The notes: generated by a model from the letters alone, not told the origin. A stretch of DNA of 64,000 nt from an uncultured Phycisphaerales bacterium (GCA_938084645.1 CALKEP010000001.1:128001-192000); one strand, 5' to 3'; counted from the stretch's first letter, positions 46,919 through 58,319 are shown. Numbers and translations are program-made.

Positions 46919-48640
46919 ATGCTCGGCTACATAGTGCGCCGCCTGTTCCTGATGATTCCCACCTTGCTTGGGATCACCTTTCTCGTGTTCATGCTGCTGG
47001 CGCTCGCGCCCGGCGGGATCGGCGCAGCGCTGCGTGCCGCGGGTGGCAACGTGGACGCGGACAGCAAGGCGAGTCTCCAGCTCCTCTACATCGAGGATCG
47101 GTACGGACTCGACGATCATCCGGTGGTCCAGTACGGCCGCTGGCTGGCGAGGATCTCGCCGGTCAAGTTCGGACGTCGGTCGATGCGGAACTACGCGGGC
47201 GATCTCGAATTGCCACCGCGAAGCGTCAAGGAACTCCCGATCGGCGCAGACTGGTTCGGTGATGACTACGAGGTGCCCGGGGATCTCGTCTCCAACGCGG
47301 AGGCGCGAAACCTCGCCGTGGCCGACGATGCCGACGCCGCCCGCGTGGCGGCGGTGGTCGCGGCCGAGGCGGCGGCGAAGCTGCGTCGGTCCGAGGGGCT
47401 CGCGGTCGGGCGCGATCCCGCGGCGATCCCGGAGTACAAGGACTCGAACAAGGTCTATCTGCGGGCCCGGGCCGAGTATCTGATGTCGACCCGATCCCTC
47501 GCCAGCGCGATCGCGAACTACGCGGCCGCGGATTCCGATCGGGCGATGGGCGCCGAACGCGACCGCCTGGTCGGCGAAGGCGTCGACGAGAAGATCGCGT
47601 CGAGGATCGCGGCGGAGTCGGTTCGATCGAAGTTCAACGCGGTGGTCGGGGACGGCAACCTGATCGACTACCCGGGGCTCGCGAAGATGACCCCGGAGAC
47701 CACGGTGCCCGAATGGGACACGGTGGTCGACGCCTACCGCGACACGGTCGAGAAGCGGGCCGAGGCGGTGGCGTCGCTGGCCCGCGTGAACGAGGCCTTC
47801 GAGCGCGGCCCGTACCCCCAGGCGGGCGTGGGCGCCGGAGACGTGGTCTCCCTCGACTGGCCCGATTTCGGAAAGAGTTTCACTCTCGGGCGGCCGGTCC
47901 TCGACCTCATCGCCGAAGCGCTTCCGGTGACCCTGCTCCTGAACATCGCCGCCATTCCGATCATCTACCTGGTCGCGGTCCCGTTCGGCATGCAGGCCGC
48001 GGCGCGTCACAATCGCCTCTTCGACAAGATCTCGGGCAGCATCTTCGTGATCTTCTGGTCGATTCCGGTGGTGTGGGCGGGGGTCCTCGCGATCGGATTC
48101 CTCGCGGACGACCAGTACCTCGGGCTCTTCCCGGTATCCGGGCTGCACTCCAACGACGCCGACGACATGGCGTTCCTGCCGGGTTGGAACGGCGATCGTT
48201 TCGAGATCGGCTACATGCTCGACACCGCGTGGCACATGGTGCTTCCGGTGATCTGCCTGGTGTACGGCGGCTGGGCGGTCCTCGCCAAGCAGACCCGTGC
48301 GGCGATGCTCGACACCTACACCATGGACTTCGTTCGGACCGCCCGGGCCAAGGGCGTCTCCGATCACGATGTGAAGTGGTACCACGTCTTCCGCAACAGC
48401 CTGCTTCCGGTCATCACGATCTTCGTGCTGGTCTTCCCCGCGATGCTCGCGGGATCGGTCGTGGTGGAACGGATCTTCAGCATTCCCGGCATGGGCTCGC
48501 TGATCCTCGGGGCGATCTTCAACCTCGATCGCGACGTCATTCTCGCCAACGTGTTCATGATCGCGGTGCTCAACCTCGTCGCGCTCCTCCTCGCCGACGT
48601 CCTCTATGCCGCGGCCGATCCCCGCGTCACCTTCGATTGA
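46919..48640 (+). CDS. Oligopeptide ABC permease (OppB/DppB type) with a large insertion
   Basis: YIVRRL..MIPTL, YGLD, DFG.S, DFVRTARAKG, HVFRNSL, VERIFSIPGMG, DPRV. Confidence 0.92.
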   Translation: MLGYIVRRLFLMIPTLLGITFLVFMLLALAPGGIGAALRAAGGNVDADSKASLQLLYIEDRYGLDDHPVVQYGRWLARISPVKFGRRSMRNYAGDLELPPRSVKELPIGADWFGDDYEVPGDLVSNAEARNLAVADDADAARVAAVVAAEAAAKLRRSEGLAVGRDPAAIPEYKDSNKVYLRARAEYLMSTRSLASAIANYAAADSDRAMGAERDRLVGEGVDEKIASRIAAESVRSKFNAVVGDGNLIDYPGLAKMTPETTVPEWDTVVDAYRDTVEKRAEAVASLARVNEAFERGPYPQAGVGAGDVVSLDWPDFGKSFTLGRPVLDLIAEALPVTLLLNIAAIPIIYLVAVPFGMQAAARHNRLFDKISGSIFVIFWSIPVVWAGVLAIGFLADDQYLGLFPVSGLHSNDADDMAFLPGWNGDRFEIGYMLDTAWHMVLPVICLVYGGWAVLAKQTRAAMLDTYTMDFVRTARAKGVSDHDVKWYHVFRNSLLPVITIFVLVFPAMLAGSVVVERIFSIPGMGSLILGAIFNLDRDVILANVFMIAVLNLVALLLADVLYAAADPRVTFD

Positions 48641-48659
48641 TCCGGAAACGCCCCACTCG

Positions 48660-50546
48660 ATGACTTCCTCGAAGCAAGATTCCGAAAAGACGATCAGCGG
48701 CATCGACGTGATGCGGGGGGTCGGTGCGTCGAAGGCGAAGCCCTTCTGGGCCGATGCCTGGAGCCGCGTCGTGGAACGTCGTGGCGCGCAGTTCGGCCTT
48801 CTCTGGATCGGCTTCATCGGATTCTTCGCGATCTTCGCGCCGGTGCTCGCCAACGGGCTCCCGATCTGGACCATCCAGCGGGGCGAGGACGGCGAGATCC
48901 TCCGTTCCTGGTCGCCGTTGCTCGAGTCCCTGACCTCGACCGACATCCTGCTTCTGATCGGCGGGGTGTTCGTCCCGATCCTGCTGTTGCTTCCGTTGCG
49001 AGCGACGCGACAGTGGCGGCTCGGACTGGTGTGCGCCTTCACGGCGATGGCGGGTTCGGTGGTGGTGTTGATCGCGTTCGTGCAGTACCTCATCGCCGAC
49101 AGCGATGCGGAGGTCCTCTCCGCGTCCTGGCTGCCCTGGACCGTCTCCTTCGCGGTCTCGGCCGCGGTCCTGCTCTGTCTCTTCTGGCTGGTTCCCGTCC
49201 GCGGGGTGTCGGCGAAGTTCGTGGTTTCCGCGATTCTCCTCCTGCTCACCGGCGTCATCTGTGCCGATCGCTGGGTCCAGCCGGTCGTGACGCCCGAGCG
49301 ATTCGTCCGTGGCGAGCGGGACGGGACGATGGACAACATCTACACCGTGGTCCCGTGGTCGCCGACCCAGTCGGAAGCGATCTTCTACTCGCGTCGCCCG
49401 ACCACCACCGTCTCGAACGCCTACCTGATGGTCGCGGAGGAGCAGGTCGACGACGGCATCGCCTTCTTCATCCGTACCGTGGTGTTCAACGTCTCCCCTC
49501 GGATCGAGGGGCTCGCCATCAGCACCGACGAGAGGTCGAATCTCGTCGAGTTCGTGGCGTCGGGCGACCGGGCGATGGAGGCGGCGCTCGTCGCGGCAGG
49601 CATGTCGGACGCGTATGTCGCCCGGTTCCTCGAGCTCTCCACCCACCTCCAGGTCTACCGGGCCGGAATCGACGAGGGCGATGCGTCGAAGGCGACCGCG
49701 GCCGCGGACTCGGCCATCGCGATCGTCACCGACATCGAGGCGGCGAGTCGGAACTCGAAGATCATGATCGTGGATGCGAGCGAGGAGCTTCGCGACAAGG
49801 TCGGGGAGCGGATCGGATTCGTGCAGGATGCCGAAGCCCGGTCCGACGATTCCTACGGACGCCGGGACTTCCATCTCGGAACGGATCCCATCGGCCGGGA
49901 CGTCCTGACCCAGATGATGCACGCCTGTCGCCTCTCGATCTCGATCGGCCTGGTCTCCACCGGGATCTCGGTGGTCATCGGAATCGTGATCGGCTCCCTG
50001 ATGGGCTACTTCGGTGGCTGGGTCGACCTGGTGCTTTCGCGGGTCGTCGAGATCTTCATGGCGATTCCGGTGCTCTTCCTGCTCATCGTCGCCGCGTCGG
50101 CGCTGCCGCGGAACACCTACGTGATGATGGCGATCATCGGATGCGTGACCTGGACGGGTTCGGCCCGATTCATCCGCGCCGAGTTCCTCAAGCTTCGAAA
50201 CCAGGACTTCGTGCAGAGCTGTCGGGCGGTCGGATTGCCGCTCCATTCGACGCTCTTCCGGCACATGCTTCCCAACGGCATCACCCCGGTGCTCGTCCAG
50301 GCCTCCTTCGGCATCGCGGCGGCGATCATCGCCGAGGCGACCCTGAGCTACCTCGGACTCGGTCCCTACGGGCAGTCCTCGTGGGGCAAGCTGCTGTCGC
50401 TCACCACCGGTGAGACCGGTGTCTTCCTCTGGTGGATGGCGGTGTTTCCCGGGGTCGCGATCTTCCTGACGGTGCTGGCGTACAACGTGCTCGGGGAGAA
50501 CTTCCGCGACGCGATCGATCCGAAGATGCGGAAGGCGGCCCACTGA
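48660..50546 (+). CDS. Oligopeptide ABC permease (OppC/DppC type) with extra TMs and insertion
   Basis: [37 protein letters not shown]. Confidence 0.92.
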   Translation: MTSSKQDSEKTISGIDVMRGVGASKAKPFWADAWSRVVERRGAQFGLLWIGFIGFFAIFAPVLANGLPIWTIQRGEDGEILRSWSPLLESLTSTDILLLIGGVFVPILLLLPLRATRQWRLGLVCAFTAMAGSVVVLIAFVQYLIADSDAEVLSASWLPWTVSFAVSAAVLLCLFWLVPVRGVSAKFVVSAILLLLTGVICADRWVQPVVTPERFVRGERDGTMDNIYTVVPWSPTQSEAIFYSRRPTTTVSNAYLMVAEEQVDDGIAFFIRTVVFNVSPRIEGLAISTDERSNLVEFVASGDRAMEAALVAAGMSDAYVARFLELSTHLQVYRAGIDEGDASKATAAADSAIAIVTDIEAASRNSKIMIVDASEELRDKVGERIGFVQDAEARSDDSYGRRDFHLGTDPIGRDVLTQMMHACRLSISIGLVSTGISVVIGIVIGSLMGYFGGWVDLVLSRVVEIFMAIPVLFLLIVAASALPRNTYVMMAIIGCVTWTGSARFIRAEFLKLRNQDFVQSCRAVGLPLHSTLFRHMLPNGITPVLVQASFGIAAAIIAEATLSYLGLGPYGQSSWGKLLSLTTGETGVFLWWMAVFPGVAIFLTVLAYNVLGENFRDAIDPKMRKAAH

Positions 50547-51634
50547 TGTCCGAGGACAAGAAAGCCGGAGCGCCGTTGCTCGAGGTCCGGGATCTCGCGG
50601 TGAGCTTCCAGAACAGCTCCGATCCCGCGGGTCCGAGGATCCAGGCCGTCGCGGGCGTCAGCATGACCATCCACCCGCGGCAGACGCTGGCGGTGGTGGG
50701 GGAGTCCGGTTGCGGCAAGAGCGTCACGGCGATGAGTTCCATGCAGCTCATTCCGAGGCCGCCCGGTCGTTTCGATCGTGGCAGCATCCGTTACAAGGGC
50801 GAGGACGTCCTGCAGTACGACGAGAAGAAGATGCTGGGGATCCGCGGCAAGGACATCGCGATGATCTTCCAGGAGCCGATGACCAGCCTGAACCCGGTCT
50901 ACACCATCGGCGACCAGATCATGGAGGCGGTGCTCCTTCACCAGAAGGTCGATCGCTCGCAGGCGGCCGACATCGCGGTCAAGGCGATGGACGACGTCGG
51001 GATTCCGAATCCGCAGGCGCGGCTCAACGACTACCCGCACCAGTTCTCCGGTGGCATGCGACAGCGGGTGATGATCGCGATGGCCCTCGCCTGCGATCCG
51101 ACCCTGCTGCTCGCGGACGAACCGACCACCGCGCTCGACGTCACGATCCAGGCCCAGATCCTCGAACTGCTTCGCAATCTGCAGCGGACCAAGGAGATGG
51201 GGATCATGTTGATCACCCACAACCTCGGCGTCGTCGCGGAGAACGCCGACGTGGTCTGCGTGATGTACGCCGGGCGGGTCGTCGAGTACGCCAAGGTCTA
51301 CGATCTCTTCGATCGTCCGCTGCATCCATACACCCGCGGGCTCTTCAATTCGATCCCGCGACTCGGGGAGGTGAAGCACCGTCTCACCACCGTGGAAGAG
51401 GTGGTGGGCGATGCGGAGCAGTTCAAGGTGCTGCCCGGATTCGAGAAGGGGATCATTCCCTGGTGGCCCGATCCGCCCGAAGACACCATGCCCGAGCTCG
51501 TCCCGGGTCGCGACGAGTACGTGCTCTACGAGATCGAACCCGATCGCTGGGTCGGCTGCTTCCGATCCCCGTATCTCGAGGATCACGTCTGCCGCCCGCC
51601 CGACCTCGATTACCGCAAGGACGATCTCGCCTGA
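50546..51634 (+). CDS. Oligopeptide ABC ATP-binding protein (OppD/DppD)
   Basis: [44 protein letters not shown]. Confidence 0.96.
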   Translation: MSEDKKAGAPLLEVRDLAVSFQNSSDPAGPRIQAVAGVSMTIHPRQTLAVVGESGCGKSVTAMSSMQLIPRPPGRFDRGSIRYKGEDVLQYDEKKMLGIRGKDIAMIFQEPMTSLNPVYTIGDQIMEAVLLHQKVDRSQAADIAVKAMDDVGIPNPQARLNDYPHQFSGGMRQRVMIAMALACDPTLLLADEPTTALDVTIQAQILELLRNLQRTKEMGIMLITHNLGVVAENADVVCVMYAGRVVEYAKVYDLFDRPLHPYTRGLFNSIPRLGEVKHRLTTVEEVVGDAEQFKVLPGFEKGIIPWWPDPPEDTMPELVPGRDEYVLYEIEPDRWVGCFRSPYLEDHVCRPPDLDYRKDDLA

Positions 51635-51695
51635 TCGGGTGGATCGTTCCGGCTCTCGTACACCATCCCGCAACCGTCAACCGGAGGCTCGCGCC

Positions 51696-52181
51696 ATGTC
51701 CCTGATCGAAGTCGGTAGGAAGGCTCCCGCATTCACCCTCCCCGATCAGGATGGTGAAAAGCACGCGCTCAAGGATCTCGCCGGCTCGCCGGTGATCCTC
51801 TTCTTCTATCCGAAGGACGACACGTCCGGCTGCACCAAGGAAGCGTGCCAGTTCCGGGATCAGCTTCCCGACTTCAAGAAGGTGAAGGCACGGGTGTTCG
51901 GGATCAGTCCCGACTCGGTCGAGAGCCACCGGAAGTTCGTCGACAAGCACGACCTGAACTTCACGCTGCTCGCGGACGCGGCCCGGGATGCCGACGAGAA
52001 CCCGAAGACCTGCCTGAAGTACGGGGTCTGGCAGGAGAAGTCGATGTACGGCCGGAAGTACATGGGCGTCGTCCGCACCACTTATCTCATCGGCCCCGAC
52101 GGCAAGGTCGCGGAACGCTGGGACAAGGTGAAGGTCCCGGGGCACGCCGACGCGGTGCTCGAGGCGGTCCGAGGGCTCTGA
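51696..52181 (+). CDS. bcp: Peroxiredoxin Q / thioredoxin-dependent thiol peroxidase
   Basis: FYPKDDTSGCTKEAC, YG.KYMGVVRTT; GGAGG RBS. Confidence 0.95.
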   Translation: MSLIEVGRKAPAFTLPDQDGEKHALKDLAGSPVILFFYPKDDTSGCTKEACQFRDQLPDFKKVKARVFGISPDSVESHRKFVDKHDLNFTLLADAARDADENPKTCLKYGVWQEKSMYGRKYMGVVRTTYLIGPDGKVAERWDKVKVPGHADAVLEAVRGL

Positions 52182-52208
52182 GCGGCGTCCGCCGGCTTCA
52201 CGGCCCGC

Positions 52209-52670
52209 TCACCGCAGGCCGCCGAAGACGAACGCGAGGGCGGTGATCATCAGGAAGATCCCGACCAGCAGCCAGGCCGAGCCGAGGACGAATTGAAGAA
52301 TTCGACCCGGCGTGAACCAGTCCCGTCTTCGAGGTCGTTGAAACCGTGGCATCGCCGCGCTGGCGAGGCCGCATTCGGGGCAGGTCGCGTTCCATGGGAG
52401 ATTCGCGAGCAGGTGGCCGCACCCCCGGCAGCTCGGTCGGTCCGGATCGACCGCCCGGCCCGGGCCGGTGAGTCCCACCGCGGTTCCGCACTCGGGACAA
52501 GCGGTGCCTTTGCGGAGTCGGCGAAGGTCGTATCCACAATGCCGGCATGAAGTCGTCGTCATCCGCGGCGAACGTCGCCCTCGGATCACGCCGGCGATCA
52601 CCGGCACGGCGATGAAGAAGCCCACCAGAAGCAGCATCACCAGCATCGACAGATCGTGTTGGTTGAACAC
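52209..52670 (-). CDS. Membrane protein with two zinc-ribbon motifs
   Basis: TM - CRHCGYDL...CPECG - CRGCGHLL...CPECG - TM. Confidence 0.75.
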   Translation of the reverse strand: MFNQHDLSMLVMLLLVGFFIAVPVIAGVIRGRRSPRMTTTSCRHCGYDLRRLRKGTACPECGTAVGLTGPGRAVDPDRPSCRGCGHLLANLPWNATCPECGLASAAMPRFQRPRRRDWFTPGRILQFVLGSAWLLVGIFLMITALAFVFGGLR

Positions 52671-52862
52671 CTGGCGTCTCCGATGATGGCCCCCGGCTCA
52701 CCCCGATCCAATGGTATCTCCGCACCCTCGGTTCGCGGCAGCCTCCGATCCGGGCACGTGGTGTATCACGCATCGGCGGGGCCACCGTGCCAGGCAACCT
52801 GAAAGGGCCGGTCGTGTCCCGGAGGTCCATGGGGCGATCGGCGGGGACGATATCCTGTCGAC

Positions 52863-53306
52863 ATGTCCCAGCCCCTGCTCCGGTTCAAACGACTCGATCC
52901 CCGAGCGGTCCTCCCCGCCTACCAGTCCGAGCAGGCGGCCGGTCTCGATCTGTGTGCCGTCCTCGACGCCCCCGTCGAGATCTCCGCAGGTGGGATCCTG
53001 ATGGTTCCCTGCGGTTTCGCGATGGCGATCCCCGCGGGCTGGGAGGCTCAGGTCCGGCCTCGGAGCGGCCTCGCGAGCAGGCATGGGATCTCCATGCCCA
53101 ATTCTCCCGGGACCATCGACGCGGACTACCGCGGCGAGGTGAAGGTTCCGTTGATCAATCTCGGAAAATCCTCCTTCACGGTCGAGCCGGGCATGCGGAT
53201 CGCCCAGATGGTGATCGCACCCGTGGCCAGGGTCGTGATCGAGGAGGTCGAGGAACTCGACGATACGAACCGGGGCGCGGGTGGATTCGGCTCGACCGGC
53301 CGGTAG
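52863..53306 (+). CDS. dut: dUTP diphosphatase (trimeric)
   Basis: [38 protein letters not shown]. Confidence 0.97.
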   Translation: MSQPLLRFKRLDPRAVLPAYQSEQAAGLDLCAVLDAPVEISAGGILMVPCGFAMAIPAGWEAQVRPRSGLASRHGISMPNSPGTIDADYRGEVKVPLINLGKSSFTVEPGMRIAQMVIAPVARVVIEEVEELDDTNRGAGGFGSTGR

Positions 53307-53335
53307 CTTCCGCCGATCTCTTCTAGAATCCCGGG

Positions 53336-54526
53336 ATGACCTCGACCACCAATGTCGCTGTTCCGCTGCTCGATCTGAAGGCCCAGTACGAGACCATCCG
53401 GTCGGAGATCGAGCCGGCGGTCCAGGAGGTGCTGGAGAGTCAGGTGTTCATCGGTGGGCCGAAGGTGGCCGAGTTCGAGTGCCGCTGCGCGGGCTATCTG
53501 AACGTGCCCTTCACGGTCGGGAATTCCAGTGGTTCGGATGCCCTGATCCTCGCGCTCGATGCCCTCGGCATCGGGCCGGGCGACGAGGTGATCCTGCCCA
53601 CCTACACCTTCTTCTCCACCGCAGGCAGTGTCTCCCGGGTCGGTGCGACACCGGTCTTCGTCGACATCGATCCGACCACGTACCAGATCGATCCGGATTC
53701 GATTCGTCGGGTCCTCGAAGGACGAGCGCCCGGCGCGGTGAAGGCGTTGATGCCCGTGCATCTCTTCGGGCAGGCGGCCGATCTCGATGCGGTGATGGCG
53801 ATCGCGGAAGAGCACGGGCTTCGGGTGATCGAGGACGCGGCTCAGGCCTTCGGAACGGAGGACGTCCACGGACGCCGCGTCGGATCGGTGGGTGACATCG
53901 GCACCTTCAGCTTCTTCCCCAGCAAGAACCTCGGCGGCTTCGGTGACGGCGGACTCTGCACCACCGGGGACGAGGAACTGTCCGAAAGGATGATCCGGTT
54001 CCGCAACCACGGCATGAAGCCGAAGTACTTCCACCACGACGTCGGATTGAACGCCCGGCTCGACGCGCTGCAGGCGGCGATCCTGCTCGTGAAGATCGAG
54101 CACCTCGATGCCTGGTCCGCCGGCCGCCAGGCGAATGCGAGCTGGTACGACGAGGCTTTCGCAGCCGCCGGCGCCGCGACCAGCGCCGTCTCCCTCGACG
54201 AGGGCGGGCTTCCGCTTCGAACCCCGGAACCGGCGCCGACGGGGGCGCGTCACATCTACAACCAGTACGTGCTGCGGGTGCCCGGATCGCATCGCGATGC
54301 GATTCGCGAGACGCTCAAGGGTGCGGGGATCGGCAACGAGGTCTACTACCCCCGATGCCTGCACGAGCAGGACTGCTACCGGGACATCGGGCATCAGGCG
54401 GGCGACTTCCCGCATGCGGAGCGGGCCAGCCGCGAGACGATCGCGATTCCGATCTTCCCGGAGCTGTCCGAGACGCAGCGGCAGCACGTGGTCGACACCG
54501 TGCTCGACGCGGTTCGCGCGATCTGA
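53336..54526 (+). CDS. DegT/DnrJ/EryC1/StrS PLP-dependent sugar aminotransferase
   Basis: PVHLFG, EDAAQA, SFFPSKNLGGFGDGG, NARLD.LQAA. Confidence 0.95.
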   Translation: MTSTTNVAVPLLDLKAQYETIRSEIEPAVQEVLESQVFIGGPKVAEFECRCAGYLNVPFTVGNSSGSDALILALDALGIGPGDEVILPTYTFFSTAGSVSRVGATPVFVDIDPTTYQIDPDSIRRVLEGRAPGAVKALMPVHLFGQAADLDAVMAIAEEHGLRVIEDAAQAFGTEDVHGRRVGSVGDIGTFSFFPSKNLGGFGDGGLCTTGDEELSERMIRFRNHGMKPKYFHHDVGLNARLDALQAAILLVKIEHLDAWSAGRQANASWYDEAFAAAGAATSAVSLDEGGLPLRTPEPAPTGARHIYNQYVLRVPGSHRDAIRETLKGAGIGNEVYYPRCLHEQDCYRDIGHQAGDFPHAERASRETIAIPIFPELSETQRQHVVDTVLDAVRAI

Positions 54527-54541
54527 CTCGAGCGGCCCTGC

Positions 54542-55231
54542 TCAGATCATGCCGTCGAAGGACGTGAGGCCGAGCGGTTCGATCACGCGGAACGCCTCCG
54601 CGGTCTCCACGCCGATCCGACTGCCCAGGAAGGTCGCCTGCGCATCCAGCCAGTCGACGATCCGGCGATTCCCCTCGTGGGCCTTGAACTGACTCGCGTA
54701 CGCGAGGACCGCGTCGCGCTTGCGGTCGTGGAATCCGGTGGTGTCGACCAGGAACGAGGGATCCGGAATCGTCTTCAGGTGCGTGCAGAAGTAGTAGATG
54801 ATCCGACTCGGGTGGCGGGGGGCACCCGGGATGTCGGTCTTGGTCAGTTTCGAGTCGAACCGCGCGTCCTCCACGATCCGGGTGGCGGCGCGGTGGTCGG
54901 GATGCGCGTCGACCGGGTCGGGGCAGAAGATCCAGTCGATCTCCCGGGTGCGGATCACCCCCGCGACCGCATGACGACACGCGACCGAGTGCACCACCTC
55001 GCGATTCACGAAGCCGTGTTCCCGCCCCAGCATGATCCGTTCGACCCCGAGGATCGAGGCGGCGGCAGCGCTCTCCTCGGCGCGAATCGCCGGTGAGCCG
55101 TGCGGGGTGGGTTCGCCGTCCGTCAGATCGAGGAGCGTGACGCGATGGCCGGCGTCGACCAGCTTCGCGATCGTTCCGCCCATTCCGAGTTCCTGGTCGT
55201 CCGGATGCGGACCGACGACGAGCATGTTCAC
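54542..55231 (-). CDS. PIG-L/LmbE family deacetylase (BshB1-like)
   Basis: GPHPDD.E, LTDGE, HPDH, AY.SQF, AEAF; GTG start overlaps the upstream stop. Confidence 0.88.
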   Translation of the reverse strand: MNMLVVGPHPDDQELGMGGTIAKLVDAGHRVTLLDLTDGEPTPHGSPAIRAEESAAAASILGVERIMLGREHGFVNREVVHSVACRHAVAGVIRTREIDWIFCPDPVDAHPDHRAATRIVEDARFDSKLTKTDIPGAPRHPSRIIYYFCTHLKTIPDPSFLVDTTGFHDRKRDAVLAYASQFKAHEGNRRIVDWLDAQATFLGSRIGVETAEAFRVIEPLGLTSFDGMI

Positions 55232-57150
55232 GGTCGAATCTCCTTGCCGGCGGGAACGCCGGGCTTCAATGCAGCGAGCAGGCCCTCGCATGCCCGCGCC
55301 ACGGCACGGGCGAGCCGATCTCGCTTCTCCATGCCGTCCGGATCGTCCAGGTCCGGATGGGCTCGGATCGCCACGAGTTCGGCCATGCCGATGCATGCGG
55401 CGGCGAGCTGGATCCGATGGGGCACGCCCCACGCGGACGGTTCCGGCGGGATCGCCGCCGCCGCGATCGTAGCGACCCCGCCACCGGGCAGGGTCGCCGT
55501 CGTGTCCCGGGTGCGTCGGGCGATGACGGCCGCGAGTCGGACCGGCGGCCCCTGCGATTCCAAGGTCGCGAGTTCACGCTCGAAACGGTCGGAGTCGCCG
55601 GCGATCCCGCTTCCCACCGCGAGGCGAACCCCGGGCAGCAGGGTTCGGTTGCTCCATCCGAGCGTCGTCGCATCCACGTACCAGCCTCCCCATCGATCAC
55701 ACCGCTCGAGATCGAGAATCGGAACGTCGTCGGTCGGAACGAACGAGACGAGATGCTCGAGAAGCGTTCCCAGTCGTGCCATGCGATCCATGGCGTCGAA
55801 CGCGGGGCCCTCGATGTCGCCCTTCGTGACGGCATCGACCCAGGCTCGACGCGTCGTCGCCACGGCATCCGACAATTCGAGGGTTCGGCCACCGATGAGT
55901 TCGATCGTCGGGGCGTCGGGGTCGCGGAGTCGGGACTCGAAATCGACCATCTCGTACCGATCGAGTTCACCGGTGATCCGGTCGATCCAGGCGAGCGTTC
56001 GATCCCGTTCGCGGGGGCTGTTCAGCATCCTGCCGCGGGATGCGACGAGGCGTTCGGCCTTTCGCGTCGCCGCGGGGTGCATGCTCGCGAGACCGACCGC
56101 GATCGCATCGAGGCGCCGAACGGCCCGAAGCGTCCGGGCGACGGTGCGGATCGCGACGACATCCTCTTCACGCAGGCTCGGCGACGCAGGGGCTTCCGAC
56201 GTCTCCAGCGTGCGTTGCAGTTGCTGCAGGGCGGTGCGCGATCGAACGATCGCATCTCGCCGCACCGAACGCAACGTCGACGTCGCGAGCGGGGACTCCT
56301 CGACCCGGGCGTCCTGCAGGCAGTCGAGGACATCGGCGACGCGTCCCCAGGTTGCGACGGACACGGGGTCGTCCGCATCGAACGGAGTCGTGGCGAGCAC
56401 CCGATCGAGCATCTTCACATCGAACGCCGCCGCGTGGACGCGCTGCGCCTCGAGCATCGTCATCACCCGGGCGTCGATCGGGGAGGTCTGTGCATTCCTC
56501 GTCGCCGGGAGGTCCGTCTGGATGCTTTCGGATTCGATCGGCCATCGACTCTGCAGCGGACGCCCGGTCAACACGCTGAAGACGTCCCGCAAGGGGGCCA
56601 GAATCGTCGCGAGCGTGCCATCGAGGCCCTCCACCGTGCCGGTATCCGACCGCCGAAGGAGATCCAGACCGGTTCGATTGAACGCATCGAGGCGTTCGAT
56701 CGCCGCGACGCGCTCGGTCTCCGGAAGCACGCGTGGTGGTTCCCCGACCAGGGTGCCGGGCCGGGCGAGGGATCCGAGGAGTCGGTCGATCGATCGCATG
56801 GTGGCGTCGAGCCGGATCGCGTGGAATCCAGCGAGGGTGCCGGCATCTCCGCGTTCCCGCCCCAGCATGGCGAGCTCGACGGTGATCCGTCGAACGCCGC
56901 GACGGGCGTCGTGGACGATGCGCTGATCGGATCCCGACGGTGGCGCGGTCGCCAGTTCGCGTGATCGCCGATCGATCACGTCATCGAGCATGAGCGTCGT
57001 CTCGCCGATGGCCGCCGATCGGGTGAGCGGTCGGACCGCGACCGGATCGACGTTCTGGACCGGCGTCTGGAACAAGGAATCGGCGAATCCCACCGGTGCG
57101 GGAAGGACCATCGCGAACCCCAGCACGGCACCGACGATGCGATGCTTCAT
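55228..57150 (-). CDS. Hypothetical exported alpha-helical protein
   Basis: Signal peptide MKHRIVGAVLGFAMVLPAPVGFA; overlapping start/stop codons on both sides. Confidence 0.7.
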   Translation of the reverse strand: MKHRIVGAVLGFAMVLPAPVGFADSLFQTPVQNVDPVAVRPLTRSAAIGETTLMLDDVIDRRSRELATAPPSGSDQRIVHDARRGVRRITVELAMLGRERGDAGTLAGFHAIRLDATMRSIDRLLGSLARPGTLVGEPPRVLPETERVAAIERLDAFNRTGLDLLRRSDTGTVEGLDGTLATILAPLRDVFSVLTGRPLQSRWPIESESIQTDLPATRNAQTSPIDARVMTMLEAQRVHAAAFDVKMLDRVLATTPFDADDPVSVATWGRVADVLDCLQDARVEESPLATSTLRSVRRDAIVRSRTALQQLQRTLETSEAPASPSLREEDVVAIRTVARTLRAVRRLDAIAVGLASMHPAATRKAERLVASRGRMLNSPRERDRTLAWIDRITGELDRYEMVDFESRLRDPDAPTIELIGGRTLELSDAVATTRRAWVDAVTKGDIEGPAFDAMDRMARLGTLLEHLVSFVPTDDVPILDLERCDRWGGWYVDATTLGWSNRTLLPGVRLAVGSGIAGDSDRFERELATLESQGPPVRLAAVIARRTRDTTATLPGGGVATIAAAAIPPEPSAWGVPHRIQLAAACIGMAELVAIRAHPDLDDPDGMEKRDRLARAVARACEGLLAALKPGVPAGKEIRP

Positions 57151-58319
57151 CGTGGTCGTCCCGGCCGATCGAGGACCGTGCGATAGACGTCCTCGAGTTC
57201 GCGGACCATCGATCGATGATCGAACGGGCCGCGGACCAGTTCACGCCCGGCGGCACCGAGCCGCGCGCCGAGGGACGGGTCGGATCGAAGGCGATCGACC
57301 GCCGCGGCGAGGGCGGCGTGATCGCCGGGGCGGACAAGCAGTCCAGTGACGTCGTCGATGCAGACTTCCGGCGCGCCGTCGAGGTCGTGGGCGACGACCG
57401 GCTTCGCGGAAAGCAGGCCCTGCACCACGGCCCGCGGAAGTCCCTCGCGGTAGCTGGGGTGGGCGAGCACGTCCATCGCGCGGATCCACTCGGGAATGCG
57501 GTCGGGTGCAACGAGGCCCGGCGCGTGCACCTGGTCGCCGAGACCGAGCTCGCGGATCCGCCCCAGAAGACGGTCCGACCAGTAGCCGTCGCCGACCCAG
57601 AGCAGGTGCAGCGCCGGATCCTCGCGCATCTTCGAGGAAAGGGCGTCGATCAGGTCGTCGTGCCCCTTCAATTCCGCGAGACGGGCGATGGTGCCGACGA
57701 TGAAGGCGTGTTCGGGAAGGCCGAGATTCCGGCGGGCTTCGAGCATCGACGTCGAGTCGTCCAGATACGGCTCGACGACCATGCCGCTTCGCACCGTGCG
57801 GTACTGCGAGGGCCGGCCGATGCCGGCCGCGAGCGCCTGGTCACGCATCGCGTCGGCCACCGTCACGATCGCGTGGCAGCGCCGAGCCGACCATCGCTCC
57901 GCGGCGATGTACACCGCGTTCTTCGATTTCGCGAGATACGGGTGGAAGGGAAGGCCGTGGATGGTGTGGACGACCGCGGGCACGGATTCCCGCCATGCGG
58001 CCTCACGTCCGAGGATGCCCGCCTTCGATGAATGGGTGTGCACCACGTCGGGTTGGTGTTCGCGAATGAGCCGACGGAGGTTCCGCAGGCATCGCCAGTC
58101 ACGACGCGGCGAGATCTCCCGCACGAGGTCGGGCGTCTCCACCGGGATGATGCCCCCGTGAGCCTCGACCGCGGGCAGCATCGTGCCTTCCGGACCCTCG
58201 ATCGGCCCGAACACCAGCAGGACCTCGTGGCCGTCGTCGGCCTGGCCGGCGCAGGAGAGCACGGTGTTCTCCTGGCTCCCCCCGAGGATCAGCCGGGTCG
58301 AGACGTGCATGATCTTCAT
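57147..58319 (-). CDS. Glycosyltransferase family 4
   Basis: GGSQ, PDVVHTHSSKAG, HTIHG, KG, PS.REGLP; start at MKIMHV. Confidence 0.92.
   Translation of the reverse strand: MKIMHVSTRLILGGSQENTVLSCAGQADDGHEVLLVFGPIEGPEGTMLPAVEAHGGIIPVETPDLVREISPRRDWRCLRNLRRLIREHQPDVVHTHSSKAGILGREAAWRESVPAVVHTIHGLPFHPYLAKSKNAVYIAAERWSARRCHAIVTVADAMRDQALAAGIGRPSQYRTVRSGMVVEPYLDDSTSMLEARRNLGLPEHAFIVGTIARLAELKGHDDLIDALSSKMREDPALHLLWVGDGYWSDRLLGRIRELGLGDQVHAPGLVAPDRIPEWIRAMDVLAHPSYREGLPRAVVQGLLSAKPVVAHDLDGAPEVCIDDVTGLLVRPGDHAALAAAVDRLRSDPSLGARLGAAGRELVRGPFDHRSMVRELEDVYRTVLDRPGRPR

Noticed and set aside
44499..50543. Very long minus-strand ORFs (742, 844 and 638 aa) opposite the ABC operon
   Set aside because: They are antisense shadows of well-supported genes, expected from high GC3 and few stop codons, and show no protein motifs.
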